Origin: Vicugna vicugna
Taxonomy: Eukaryota
DNA: 64,000 nt
Direction: 5' to 3'
Assembly (NCBI GenBank): GCA_013265495.1
Contig: MU058463.1
Span: 2,007,523 to 2,071,522 of the forward strand
Below the pieces are notes generated by a model. It saw only the letters and a list, made by a program, of their open reading frames with translations. It ran no database searches and was not told the DNA's origin. Shown here piece by piece: positions 12,696 to 25,560 of this stretch (the stretch's first letter is position 1; each line of letters begins with the position of its first letter). The position numbers were made by a program, and so were the translations under genes.

Positions 12696-13649
12696 CAACA
12701 ATAGAACAACAAAAAAAACCCCAAAACGGTGTATGGAACTTCTACTCTGTGCCAGCCACCACATGAGGTCCTCTAAGGGGTTAATTCTAGCATTTGTACA
12801 ATTAAAAAGTCAGACCAAAGACCTGTTCTGAATGTCCCTACTCTTAACGTGCTATGATGCTCTAATTAGGACCCAGCCAACTGGTTTCCCAGCCTCATTA
12901 ATGAAGGACAGCTAAAACATTCACCAAAGTGGGTTGCATATATTCTGCAGACCATTAGACTCTGAAGAATTTTATTGAACTCTACTACCGCTAGCCATCG
13001 TTTTACTTTTTCCAGGTAAATAAATAAACAGGTGAAAAAAATGTGATAAAGACTGATTGATTTCCTATACTGCCTAAGAAGTTAATTTCATATGAGAACA
13101 ACAAAAAAAAAAAGGAAGTGTAATATATAATGATGATCAGGAGGTACGTTATCTTGTCTAATTTTCATCAGATTTTGAATTACATAGAAGTCTAACTGGT
13201 TGGTTAATTCTTTTTCAGTTTGTGTGTTTTCAAGTGATCTGTGATTTTTTTAAATGTCTTTCTCCTTTCCTTTTAAGAATCCCTGGCAATTTGACATACA
13301 TATGGTGAACATATGGCCTTCTCCTAATTGATTTAATTCAGAAGAGGACCCAGGGGAGAGCTCTGAGCACTATCTGTTTGAGAGGCTTGGGGAATGTTTA
13401 TTTCAGAGTGAAGGGTCTAAGTGTGATAGCATCAGAGCAGTGCAATTGAAACGGGCCAGGCAGTACCCACACATGGTCGGAAGTATCAACGGTGTAAATC
13501 ATTAGGATGATTTTAACTCAAAGTCTCTGAATTGGCAGAACAAAATTAAAAAATACATTTTTAAATAAAGGTAGGAGTTACTGATTGTGATGTTCAAGAG
13601 TTGTTTTTTTTTAATTGCTTGTACTAAATTTCCCCCACTTGTAAAAGTG

Positions 13650-14060
13650 TCTCCCCAGGTGAAACTGCATCGTCTGATTAACCAGCATCCCTCCGCCGCC
13701 CCCCACCCCTTCCCGCTGCTCCGGTTTAGAGATCAATTTGCCTGCATTCCAGAACGAGCCTCTGTTTGCCTAATGCATCCTCCACCTGATAGAGATAATT
13801 CTGTAGCTAACCTACTGCGGAAGAGCTGGGGCAATCGACTGCATTCCTTCCCCACAGACGGCTATAAATAAAGCCATGTGTCTATCGTCTGTTTGCTAAA
13901 TGGCTCCTGGATGATAGTAATCCAGCTGCAACAAACTGAAACCAAATTGAGTTCACTCTCTTTATTGTCCTCCCTGGCTTGGCTCTAACAATAAAGTCAA
14001 AATTCCTGTCATTAGCTGATGGTGACCTTATTAATTTGGAGTTTGTCTGAATCCTTAATA
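13650..14060. promoter_or_regulatory. Putative enhancer/promoter with muscle-type motif set
   Basis: No recognisable repeat and CpGs retained. MCAT gcattcc at 13744 and 13841, MEF2/TATA-like ctataaataa 13862-13871, GATA pair 13787-13798, E-boxes caggtg/cacctg/cagctg, C-rich Sp/KLF-like tract ~13690-13710. Confidence 0.45.
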
Positions 14061-14469
14061 TTGGGCCGCAGGACTAAATTTTGAAAATGTGACATTTTTG
14101 GTGATGGTCCTATTAATCTCATGCCCTGTACCCAAAGCCTGTTTCACTGTGTGATGAAAATAAGGGACACACCATACAAAATCAGTCCTTCTGAGTCAGG
14201 CGTAGGAAATTTACATTTAATATGTATATTTATATATATTTAATCTAATATGTGTATATATGTATGTATACATACACACATATTTTATATGTTATATGTG
14301 TGTGTACATATTGCATATGTGTCCTTCTTGTCTCTTTAGCCCTCAATCTGACACATGTTTTTAATAAATGTTAAATGAATAAACAGTTGAGCACTTTGCA
14401 TGGTTTATATAAAAAGCATCCAGTGGATAATTTTACAGTGACAGTAGCACTGGTTCTAGTAGCAATAAT

Positions 14470-14655
14470 ACACTCCTACTAATATAGCTACCCTTGACTG
14501 AACTTTTACAAAATCCAGGCACTAGTTAAAATGTGCCTTGAACTAAATACTCTATCTCATTTAATCCTGACAGTTGTCTTACGAGAGAGATGTTACTATT
14601 TCCACACTATAAATCAAGGGATTGGGGTGGGAGGAGGTCAAACAATGTGCCTAAG
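14470..14655 (-). mobile_element. MIR SINE
   Basis: atctcatttaatcctgacagttgtcttacgagagagatgttactatttccacactataaat, antisense MIR core. Confidence 0.7.
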
Positions 14656-17600
14656 GATAAATCGGTAATAATACAGTATCCAAATAATCTGCTTGTAATC
14701 ACCAAACTGTTTCAACTCAGGGAGTATGTTGTCATTTCAATAAGATTTCATGGGAAGACTCAACACTATTTTTGTTTGAGCAGTATGATTTCACGTAAAG
14801 ATTCCTCCTCTTCTGGGAATTAACTCAGTCACATTAGATTGCTCTGGCAAATTGTCAATGACCTTGTTTCCATAGGCTCTAAGACAGAAGGGGTGGGGTG
14901 GGGCCTTTGGTTCTGGACATTAACTGCAGTCAAGAACAGAGTAAAACAGGAGTCAGAAAGTATTTCTGAAGTGCCTTTGTCGATTTCCACATGCCTGAGC
15001 AATCCTCAAAAAAATGATCACTGCACCTAATTAGCAACCGCTGGGTCATCTTCAAATCCTTTGCAAAGGAGTAGAGTCTCATCGCTTCAACTCCATGGAA
15101 TGTTTAAAAATTTTCCATTAAGAATTCATCGTAAGGAAGAAGACTTCCAGGTCTGCTCTGCAGAGCACATCCCAGAGTATACTAGCAGATTTTGACGTTT
15201 TGTAAAGTGATGCAACATAGTGCCATGGAAAACAGCATTCCAACTAATGACCACGCATTAAAAATTCACTTCCTGAAGCTCACGTGACTGACCATAGTAC
15301 CAAGAGAAAGAGGAGAGCTGGTATATCATGACCATACACTTTGCTCTACCCAGTGGAACCCAAAGAGGGAGAATCAATCCAAATATTATTTTAGAGGTGA
15401 ATATTAGCTCAAGTGATTTATTTCACACAAGAGTTACCAACACCTCACCTCTGATGCCATTCCTTAATCAGCTAGAATTTGACCCTCCATAGTGCTTACA
15501 ATTAACTGAGTAATTTGAACATAAATCATACACTTAAAATTTCTTCATTGTCACAGCTAAAATGACTCTAACTTAATAATAGGCATATGGTAGACTTACA
15601 ATAGAGGTCTCTTCTGAATACGTTAGATGGCATCTATGTTTGTGAATGGAAGCAGAATTGGAGCCCATCACGTTTTGAATCTCTTTTCACAGAAGTTCCT
15701 CCAAAGCCTTTCCAGTTTTGTTTCATGAACCTCTTTTCAACATATAGGCAAGGTGATTATCCAGTGCAGAGTTTTCTGGACACAGACGTGTTCCAGCACA
15801 ATTATAAATATTATTTTTCATGAGCCTTATCAGCACACACAGGATGGTCAGGTTTTGTCCCGATTTGAAGTTTGGAAGCATGGCTACCAGACACACATAA
15901 GAATTAAGCAGCATACATTGAGCACAGTGCCATCTCTTTCCTGGTATTGGATGGTATTTTGAGGGGAGCAGGATGATACTGATCAGACTACAAGGAGATT
16001 CACACCATAGGAGCTAGTGAACCTGCTTAAAATCATCCCCTTGCTAAAGAAAGGCAATTCAAGTAAATATTTGTACCGTGAACAATTTACATTCTTCCTT
16101 TCCCATAAATATATACCTTTCATCAAAGACCCACTTGTCACCTGCACAAATTGCAGGTGTTGAAGCCAGGTCTGTGACCCTGAAGACCATCTTTGCCATT
16201 TCCGAATGACCTGTGCATCCAAAAATGCGCCCTACGTCTACAAACAGTTGAGCTTCTGAAATGTTCTCAGAAATACAGAGCATACGCCATGCAGCTGGCT
16301 CACATATCACCCTGGTGTCAGACAACTGCCCTCTGAAGTGCTCAGCTTTTCTGATCGGGAGACACCTGTCATGCTGCTCACGCCGTGGGGACAGTTCTGG
16401 GCCTGACTTGGCCACCAGAAATGTGTGTGCCTGGGAGGGTTCTATTTCCCCTAGGCCACCTCTGCTCACTGGACAGGTGACTACATGAGCTTTAAAGTCC
16501 TTAACTCAGTTCAAAACACCTGTGTTCATATGATTTTACAATCAAACAGGACAATGGGAACTTGCTTCAGTCTACTGAGAGCTTCTTTGGAATTCTATTG
16601 GTTATTAGATACCTTGGAGAATATTGTTTTGAAGAAAATTATTTTTTAGTATTTTTTTTACTTAGAAAAGCATCCACATCCACCTTCCAACAAATCTATG
16701 ATACATTATGAACATACCCTATTATGTACCTTTTCACATGTACATGCCCTCAATGCCAGTGCACAAAGGCTTTATAGTCAAGCATACTCATTAATTTTGA
16801 AAATTTGGGTCAGCAGATTCATAATAGACACAGCTAGCACAAAGAGACCAGAAGAACTTATTTTATGGTCACAAAGAACTGGAGAAAAATAGAAAATGAC
16901 TATTTTGTCTGCTTGAAGCATTTTGTCTGAGTGACTGGGATTCATTACCCGACTAGGACAAGTGGCAAGAGGTAGAACCTCGAAGAAAATTCCCTTCAAC
17001 CTTTCAGAGCCATCCTGGGCCAAGGTGATATAACGTCTCAGCCAAAAATCATCCCTCGGGGTCGAGTTGACCCCTGCCTGAGAAGAGGCTCTGGTTTAAA
17101 AGCTACCACCCAAACAGAAGAGCGTCACCTTCTGAAGCACCAGGCATGTGTACCATGACATCCCTAAATCATGGGAAAACAACAACACAAGGATTCATAC
17201 TTCCATGACAATTTACACTTAACAAAGCAACTTCACCTTCCCAATTCAGACTTTCCCCAACAATGTTTAGAAGACACTTCCCATGAACAGGTGTTTTGTT
17301 TTGCTTTGTTATTATAATTTTCTGTGCACAGGAAATAGTGTAGGTACAAAACAGACTACAAAAATCCAATTTTATCCAAAATCACAGAGTTTGACACACT
17401 GGAAGCTTTTACAATGTTTTTCAATGTCCAGTAACAATGAGAAGCTGTACAACCTGCACCTGTAAATCTAAAGCCTGAAATGGAAACGGCAGCCATTCAT
17501 CTGCACTCTTTGGAGCTGTAAAACTGTCCTGGGATGGGCTGAGGAGGCGTCAAGGGGGGGTTCACAGTAGAAAGTAGTTGCTAACAGGAGACAAATGTAG

Positions 17601-18091
17601 GTGGCAAAGCGTTGAGGAAAAAGCTGGGTTTAACCGCTCAAAAGCAGATACCAGTTTGCATGCAGAAGCTTTTAAATGTACCGTAGCTCTAGTGAAGTTT
17701 GCTTTTATTAGGACCCACAGTCCCTCATGTAGGCTTTTTAACCCAGTTCAATAGGCAGCCCTCCTACTGGTTTACCCAGATCTCCCAACTCAGAATGACT
17801 CTGTAGACAACCCCTCCTTACTCCAGTCTCTTCCCTCTAGCTCTTTCGGAGTTTCCTCCTTGTCAATCACCCACACGGAGAGCCTCCACGGTCCTCCCTC
17901 CGCTCTCTCTCAGGTGTGCCCACATTCGCTTAACTTAAGAACATCCTGGTAGAGCCTGCTGTCTTGTCATCATTATTAACACCGCTGCCCTTCACTCTCA
18001 AAAGTACCTTGTTTTGGAAGATAAATTATATAGCTGTCTTCTCTATGCCTTCTTCCCTTCCTCCTTCTATAACGTCTTTCATATCTATTTC

Positions 18092-18233
18092 TATGTATAA
18101 AATAGATAAACAACAAGGTCCTCTGCATAGCACAGGGAACTATATTCAATACCAATATGCATAACTGAATCACCATGGTGTACAGTACCAACTAACATGA
18201 CATTGTCTATCAAATATACTTCAATTTAAAAAA
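18092..18233 (+). mobile_element. Short L1 3'UTR fragment with internal deletion
   Basis: tgtataaaatagataaacaacaaggtcctctgcatagcacagggaactatattcaatac...acttcaatttaaaaaa, homologous to 20375-20445 and 50345-50540. Confidence 0.9.
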
Positions 18234-18239
18234 TCGACT

Positions 18240-19710
18240 TCTGTAGCCTCAAAATACAGAGTCAGTATGAATGTCTACCAGATTACTCCTCTAGCCCTGC
18301 CTCTCCATTCCAAGCCCCAGACAGTTCCATTTCAGCATTGCATGTCTCTTTGAGGGCCCTTCTAGAACCGTAGACTCAACAAATAATAAATCAAGGCATC
18401 TGCCCTTCTTTCTCACACAGACCAGGTACTCTCTGGCATTGTTGTTCTTGTTAAAGCCTGTAAAGCTCAATATTGTAAAGTCTTCTTGTCAAAGGACTCA
18501 TATGTCATTTCCCATAAGTTCTTCTGGGTCAAGATGTTCCAAGCCCACGTTTTACACTCCTTCCCACTAGAAGCACCTTTGGCCCTAATTTCCTCACTCC
18601 TAGACCATTACAAAATGCTTACCCACAGCTGCTCAGAAATTAGCAGTGATTCCAAAGGATGGCTAATCTAATTTAAACCCCTTAGCTGGGCTTTCAAAAC
18701 CTTGCGTGTTATGCCTGCAAATCAACTTTCTGATCTTTTTCAGCTCTAACATACCAGGACTTCGTGATTGGATACATCCTTCCTTATTTTTCAGTAGTAA
18801 TCAGCCTTGTGTTCTAAACCTCATGTGAGTCTACCTACAAACAGGTTGTATTCACTTCTAAGAGTAATCTGTCATTCCTTGCCTGGGTGGCCTCATTTGT
18901 GTCATTTAAAAAAAAATTAACAAATTTTATTTTTCAGAAAGTTTCAATAGACCGTGCCATTTCTTCAGCCTGGAACATTCTCACCTCTTTTTCAACTGTT
19001 GAAGTCTACCCGTTCTTCACAGACCTCCCCAAATACCACTGCCTCAGAAAACCTTTCTTTCTCCACTCTCCTGCAAATAAGTAATGTTCTCGCATGTTCA
19101 TCTTCACCACTATTACCATCATTCTGTATTTTCAGAACTTTACATTGTAATGGCCTTTGAAGGTTCCACCTCCTTTCAGTCATAGCCACCTCCAAACGCA
19201 TTTTCCATATTGCTGCCAGGCTGACCTTTCCAAACATGAACCTCATCGTAGCATTTTCTACCTTAGAAGTTTATATGGTTCTCTCTTTCCCATTGGATGA
19301 AACTCAAAAACTCCTCAGCATAACATGCAACAAGCTGGACACTATTTACTTCTCCAAACTCAAGTCTGACATTTCCCAATTTTCACACTTTCTGCTTCAG
19401 CAACACTGAGCCTCGTAACTTTTTCCAAGCAGACTAATTGGGTGTTTTGCTATTGTCTCTTCCTCAAAAGTTCTTTTCTCCCTTGTCTACCTGGATAGCT
19501 CCCTTAAACTCAATTCTGATGACAATCGCCCTTTGACACTGTCTTTGATCTTATACTTTTTTTTGCCTTCTCCACTCCAGACAAAGTAATTACTTTCTTC
19601 TCTTGGTACTAACAAATAGTGCTTGTATTATTTCAGTTATCACAATATATTTCATTTGATTCGATCTTTTTTCTACTAGATTGTGAATAGTCGAAATGTA
19701 GGACTTATGT
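18240..19710 (+). mobile_element. Degraded L2 remnants (several pieces)
   Basis: L2-like pyrimidine-rich motifs: gccatttcttcagcctggaacattctc; tgctgccaggctgacctttccaaacatgaacctcatc; tctactagattgtgaa. Confidence 0.55.
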
Positions 19711-19837
19711 TGTAATTACTGGTATGAACTCGAGACAGAATATGGGTTCAAATCTTATCTCTACCACTCACTGCTTGAGTGATCTTATATATCAGTTGGC
19801 TGTTATTACAAGCATGCTGCATAACAAGCAACCACAG

Positions 19838-20712
19838 AATGTAATTTGGTGCAGCCATTATGAAAAACAGTATGGAGATTCCTTAAAAAACTAAAAATAG
19901 ACTTACCATAAGATCCAGCAATACCACTCCTGGGTATGTATCTGAAGGAAATTCTAATTTGAAAATATACGTGCACCCCAATGTTTACAGCAGTACTATT
20001 TACAATAGCCAAGTCATGAAAGCAACCTAAATGCCCATTGACAGATGACTAGATAAAGAAGTTGTGGTGTGTGCACACACACACACACACACACACACAC
20101 AATAGAATACTACTCAGCCATAAAAATTCTGAAATAATGCTATTTGCAGCAACAAGGATAGACCTAAAGATCATCATTCTAAGTGAAGTAAGCCAGAAAG
20201 AGAAAGAGAAATACCATATGATATCAATTATATGAAAAAATCTTAAAAAATGGCACAAATGAACTTATTTACAAAACAGACTCACAGACGTAGAAAACAA
20301 ACTTATGGTTACCAGGGGGAAAGGGGGAAGGGGAGGGATAAATTGGGGGTTCAGGAGTTGCAGGTACTAACTCCTGTGTATAAAATAGATGAACAGCAAG
20401 GTCCTACTGTATAGCACAGGGAACTATATTCAATACCTTGTAATAACTTTTTTAAATTGAGTTATAGTCAGTTTACAATATGTCAAATTCCAGTGTAGAA
20501 CACAATTTTTCAGTTATACATGAACATACATATATTCATTGTCGCATTCTTTTTCGCTACAAGCTACCACCAGATCTTGTATATATTTCCCTGTGCTACA
20601 CAGTATAACCTTGTTTATCTATCCTGCATATGTCCATCAGTATGTATGAATTTCAAACTCCCAGTCTATTTTTAATGAAAAAGAATATGAAAAGGAATAT
20701 GTATGTATAGTT
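19838..20712 (+). mobile_element. L1 3' portion (ORF2 C-terminus and 3'UTR), interrupted at 20448-20666, own tail missing
   Basis: Colinear with the copy at 49544-50543 (aaaactaaaaatagacttaccat...ctaagtgaagtaagccagaaagagaaag). Resumes with aatgaaaaagaatatg after the insert. (CA)14 at 20074-20101. Confidence 0.93.
20448..20666 (-). mobile_element. Antisense L1 3'-end fragment nested in the above L1
   Basis: Reverse complement reads gactgggagtttgaaatt...gatagataaacaaggttatactgtgtagcacagggaaatatata...attgtaaactgactataactcaatttaaaaaa. Confidence 0.9.
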
Positions 20713-20794
20713 ATACGGATGCCATAATTGGGGCAACTTTTGCTATTAATCTACCACATCTCAGGCAACTATAATTTTATTAACTTTAAACTTC

Positions 20795-21420
20795 TTTAAA
20801 AGCATTTGTTATAGGCCATGTCCCAGGCCAGATGCCAGCGATACAACAGTGACAATAGCAGCAAAAATCCAGCTCTTAAAAATCTTGAATTCTAGAGGGG
20901 AAGACAGGGAATAAATTAAAAAGGAAAGAAAAATATGTCATTTGTTAGTAGTGATAAAGGTTAATAAGTCACTGAATATAAAGAAGGGAAGGTAGGAATG
21001 AAGATTTTGTGCAGGGGACACTTTGGGCGGTGAGAGAAGGAGATGTGTAGGGATGAGAGCATGACCTTTGAGGACAGGGGTCCCTGGGGGAGAATTTCCT
21101 GGGCAGAGGGGATGAGCACGTGCAAGGCAGTGAGGTGGGAGTGTGACTGGCTCTTCCCACAAACAGTGAGGCCACTGTGGCTGGAGTATCCTGAGCATGG
21201 AGGTTGAGGGGAGGAGTGAGAGGAGAAACGCAATGAAAGGACAGTGCAGGGCCGAGAGGATTCTGTCTTTTACTCTAAGTTGGATGGGAAGTCAGTGCAG
21301 AGTTTGCATGAGAAATAACAAAACTGACTTAACAGAACAAGGAAGGCTGCTGCCAAAAATAGACAGCAGGAAGCACTGGGCAGCAGAAGGAAGACCAATT
21401 AGGAGCCTGTTACCACCATA
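20795..21420 (-). mobile_element. L2 remnant
   Basis: Antisense L2 motifs: gatacaacagtgacaa...cttgaattctagaggggaagacag; gaaacagtgaggccactgtggctggag; tttactctaagttggatgggaagtcagtg. Confidence 0.75.
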
Positions 21421-21759
21421 CTTTGATATCCCACACAGACCTCACATGCTTCAGATCCAAATGTGCCTGCAAACCCAGAGCAACCCAGGCTTTTTTGGTT
21501 TCTCTCACCGCCCACTCTTTCCTCCTCTCCTTCCTGTTCTTTTTGTAGAAGTGACATAACACAACTTCTAGTACATTCCCTCAGCTGCCACCCCAGGGTG
21601 AATGTCTTAATCTCCTCATGCTTTCTCACAGGAACCAGCATCTTTGGAACGTTTTGAAAACATAACTCTGAAATACAAAATATCAGAATAAACTCAACTT
21701 ATTTGTATTATTTAAAGCAGTTGTAGGCATTCTATGGGATGTAACAGAAAATTTAACGT

Positions 21760-21940
21760 TATTATGTCACTTGAGTTCAAACGGCACATCTACTAATTCC
21801 ATCGCGTTAGGAAAACAGCCAACCTGTCTGCCTCCCATGCCACCACCTTGAAAATGGGGATAAAAATATCGATCATGATGGACTAGGGCGAGGATTCAGT
21901 GAAAGAGACGTGCAGTCCCAGAGTGGAGTCTGGCATGTAT
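21760..21940 (+). mobile_element. MIR SINE
   Basis: cttgagttcaaa...tgaaaatggggataaaaatatc...gcgaggattcagtga. Confidence 0.55.
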
Positions 21941-23344
21941 GCTAATTTCCTCCTTTTCAAAATAGGTGATTTGGGGGACGGGGGAGATTTTCTGTGTGAG
22001 TAAAGTTATACAAAGACAGAATTTAATTCAATTAATGCTAAGGTGGGGTGAATTCTTTTTCATATCCCTGAATCTGAGTGAAGCTGGACTGATAGCAGGC
22101 ATCAGACTGGGGCTCATCACAGTACTTCTGGGTGATTTGGAGAACTTTCAACCCTGAAGAAACAGATTTCCCCCAGATAACCCACCACTGGCTTTGCCCT
22201 AGCTGAATGCAGCCCAACAGTTGCCAGAGATGAGGCCCGGCCTTCAGGCCTCAGTGTGTTAAAACTTCGAGACAAGCCTCTGGTTTGCTCTTGGAGCGCC
22301 TACATTTTCACCACCATCCTTAAAGCAACAGGTACTTGTCCTGCCTTCCTCCTCAACACCTCCATTTGCTGCACCGGAGCCCATCAGTCAGCAAGTAAAC
22401 TCCGAGGTAGAACACAGTATTAGAAGCTCCCACTGCCTCCAAAATAAAAGTATGGACAACTAAAACCAGGCAAGAGTAAGAAAACAACAAATACGTAGAA
22501 ATCACTACAATTCCAGAAATTACATAATGTGCAGCTCAAAAAAAAAAAACTGTTATAAAAGTTCTTGGCTGGCTTTAGAAACTGTCTTAAAATCTGGTCC
22601 AAACCTATTCTGATCAGATGCTATGTCCTTATATTGGTGCCATGGTTTCCTCTATCCCCAAATCCCCCAGTGAACTATCAGGAAAAAAAAAATTTACCAA
22701 AAATAAAAGTTTAACTTACAAAAAATTCAAACACTTTGAAAATCAGGTCAATTTTTTGTTAAGAATATTGTTATTATAGGATTCAACTCAGAGCCCTACA
22801 CATAAACAACTCATTCTTTGAAAAATGTTAGAATAATAGTTAAATAGGATGGGAAGTTTAAATGATTAGTCCCATAGAGTTAGAGGCAGCAACATTATCA
22901 AAGTTTTGGCCAGGACACTGGCATCAGTTTTATAATATAGATGAATATATTCTCATTAGGTAGTCATTAAAATAGTGTTCATCCTGACCCCAGTACTGTA
23001 TACATCAGGCATTTTCCATTACAGGATTAATTTATTAAAACTCATCCTCAGTTATTTTTGCCTCTGAGCCTGGATCTAGATCTACAAATTCATTCATTCA
23101 GTATTCAAGATCCAACAGAACCATGGAGCTGTTAGCATATGCCAAAACTATTCTAAACTCAAGAGAATCCATTATAATTAAAACAGATAACACCCATGAT
23201 TTTGTAGAATGAAATCATGTGCCTTAGGGTGGAGAAAGACAGGGGGAGGATTTTGTTATAAAGTAAGTCAACACACACATATGATAATATAAGCTACAAT
23301 AAATTCCATGGCAATATACAGCAGTGGGAGGGAGTGGGAGGGTC

Positions 23345-23590
23345 GACATTAATAGTGGTAGTTAACATCTATTGAGTTCTTAGTACATGATAGGCACTGT
23401 TGAAGTCTATATGTGTGTACACACCCATTTAATCCTTACAACAGCCTACGAATGAAGTACTACTAATTTTACCCCTGTCTAACAGACTCAGAGTCTTAGT
23501 GAGGCATAGAACATTCCAGTTACTTAATCAAGGTCTGCCTTGCTGGTAGGTGGCAGAATGGGGAGTCTGTTTCCAGAGCCTGAGCATCTT
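23345..23590 (-). mobile_element. MIR SINE
   Basis: aacatctattgagttcttagtacatgataggcactg...catttaatccttacaacagcctacgaatgaagtactac. Confidence 0.8.
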
Positions 23591-24839
23591 TCTGCCTATC
23601 AGACATGAGTGTGCTCCAATAAAAAACCAAGGTCAAAGGGAAATATCTGAATGTCCTGAGGAGGGTGCTTCTATCTCTACCATATTGTCAAGAATGTAAA
23701 TTTCCAGGGGTGGTTGGGATGTTCATCTGTTCCTCTGGAGCATAAAAGGTGAAAGAAAAAAAAAAAGGTGGATGAAGGTAGATTTGAAATATTCATGGTA
23801 TTCAAGAAACATTTGCTGACAAAATAAGGGTTAACTGGCAATAATTTTTAAAGAAATTCACATGCTTTTTATCTAATTCACCATTTTAGAGTAACAATGT
23901 GAATAAATTATAGGAGTTCTTATGATGAGTGATATAGACAGATGTAAATAAATCTAAATTTTTGAAAAAAGTAAAAGTATTAGTACATGAAATGTAATAA
24001 TCATTAGTCTATTATACTGATGATGACAGGAAAACAATTCACTGCTCTCTAAATGGCAGTCAACTAACTTCACTTATAACACTTTGCACTAGTGTCTTTC
24101 TTCATCTGACTCTTTCTTTCCCTAATATGGACTGACCTCCTTTTTCTGTTTTGAAAAGCGTTGCTTTCCTTAGGGATGAAAAACCTTAATTCTGAACTGT
24201 TGCTTACCTATCTTCTAAAAATGCTCTTATAAGCTTGAACACAGACACTCAAGATTTGGAGAAATATTTGCTCCAAACATTGCATGAGACAGTCTGATTG
24301 GTATCAGCACTTCGAGCTCCTCTGATATAGAAACAACTACATTTAGAAGTAGATTCATGGGTATGGTCCTGTGTAGCCTACAATTCAATGAATAGTAAAT
24401 AAATTTTATTAAAATTGGCAATTAAAATTACTGTAATCAATAATAACATATGTGGAATATCCCACTTGATTTTGTAAGCTGTCTTTACACAATTGAAATG
24501 AGTGTTTTGTTCTTAAATATTCTGCACCAAACCATCACAGCCTGATTCCTAAGCCAGAGTCTCTCAGAGCAATCTCACATATTCATATGACAGTTTTACA
24601 GGTTGACTTGTTTCTGAAAAATAATGTGGTAGCATGATAAATGGATAAGGATTCCGGCAGACCCATTTTTTATTGTCCATATGACTTCCGCCAGAGTGAG
24701 TGTGTATATCAAGTTTAAGGTCTCTAGTGAACACTCTTATGTGCATAAACAGGAATGGACGTTATTGAGGAAAATAAGATTTTTGAAACCTAAGGATTCA
24801 AGAACATTTAAGTCCAAAACATCATGCTGGATTGTCAAC

Positions 24840-25486
24840 AAGTCGAGTCTGATACATGTTGATAGCGATCCGTATACCCCGTAAGCAGAGTAAATAGACA
24901 TGTGAATTCAGACCCACAGGCACGCACCGATACCCCAGACCGACGTGGATATAGGCAATCCTTTATGTCTGTTCTGACTCTGGCTTTTGCAGCTGCTGTT
25001 TTCTCAGTGTTGTCTCCGGGGCAGTTTCCTGTTGCCATAGCTGATGGCCTGCCCACGCCTGCCTGGGCCTTTCAAGTGTCAACACTCCCAGGCCGGCTGC
25101 AGTGGTCAAATGCTTGTTAATGAGATATAGCAGCTGGGTAGGGGTGAACCACTGAGACGGATAAAGGAATGCCTCTGGTGCAGGAAGCGATGCCTTTTGA
25201 ATCTTTTCAGCAGGGTGAAAGCTTTCAAATCAAAGAGGGTATGTTGTATTCATTAATAAACCCAAGTTCCCATGCAGTCACATTAAAGCCAGCAGTTTAA
25301 CTTTGCATCAGACAGGTGAATTTCCCCCGCCCCCCGCCCCGATTTTACCCTGAAAGACAATGAACAAGAAAACAAGGCTTTAGCTTGGAACAAAGCTGCA
25401 CTTCCTCATCTGGAGGGCTGACCGGACTGCTAAACCAAACGGGGGTTGCTGCATTCTTTTTCAATTTATCCTTTTGTCCGTGTATT

Positions 25487-25520
<34 letters not shown>

Positions 25521-25560
25521 CGCGCACACGCGTACGTGTTTCAGCTCATAGCAACCTTTC
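24840..25560. promoter_or_regulatory. Putative promoter/enhancer (CpG-retaining, GC boxes, RFX-like site, Z-DNA-prone tract)
   Basis: Several CpGs at 24843-24945. gttgccatagc X-box-like ~25031 next to ETS-like tttcctg. Tandem GC boxes ccccgccccccgcccc ~25324-25340. Alternating purine-pyrimidine tract 25487-25539. Confidence 0.45.
25487..25539. repeat. Compound (TG)n(CG)6 alternating purine-pyrimidine tract
   Basis: Read directly: 53 bp of uninterrupted RY alternation. Confidence 0.95.

Noticed and set aside
16059..16469. 136-aa minus-strand ORF
   Set aside because: No recognisable family, non-ATG start and no convincing splice context; consistent with a chance ORF.
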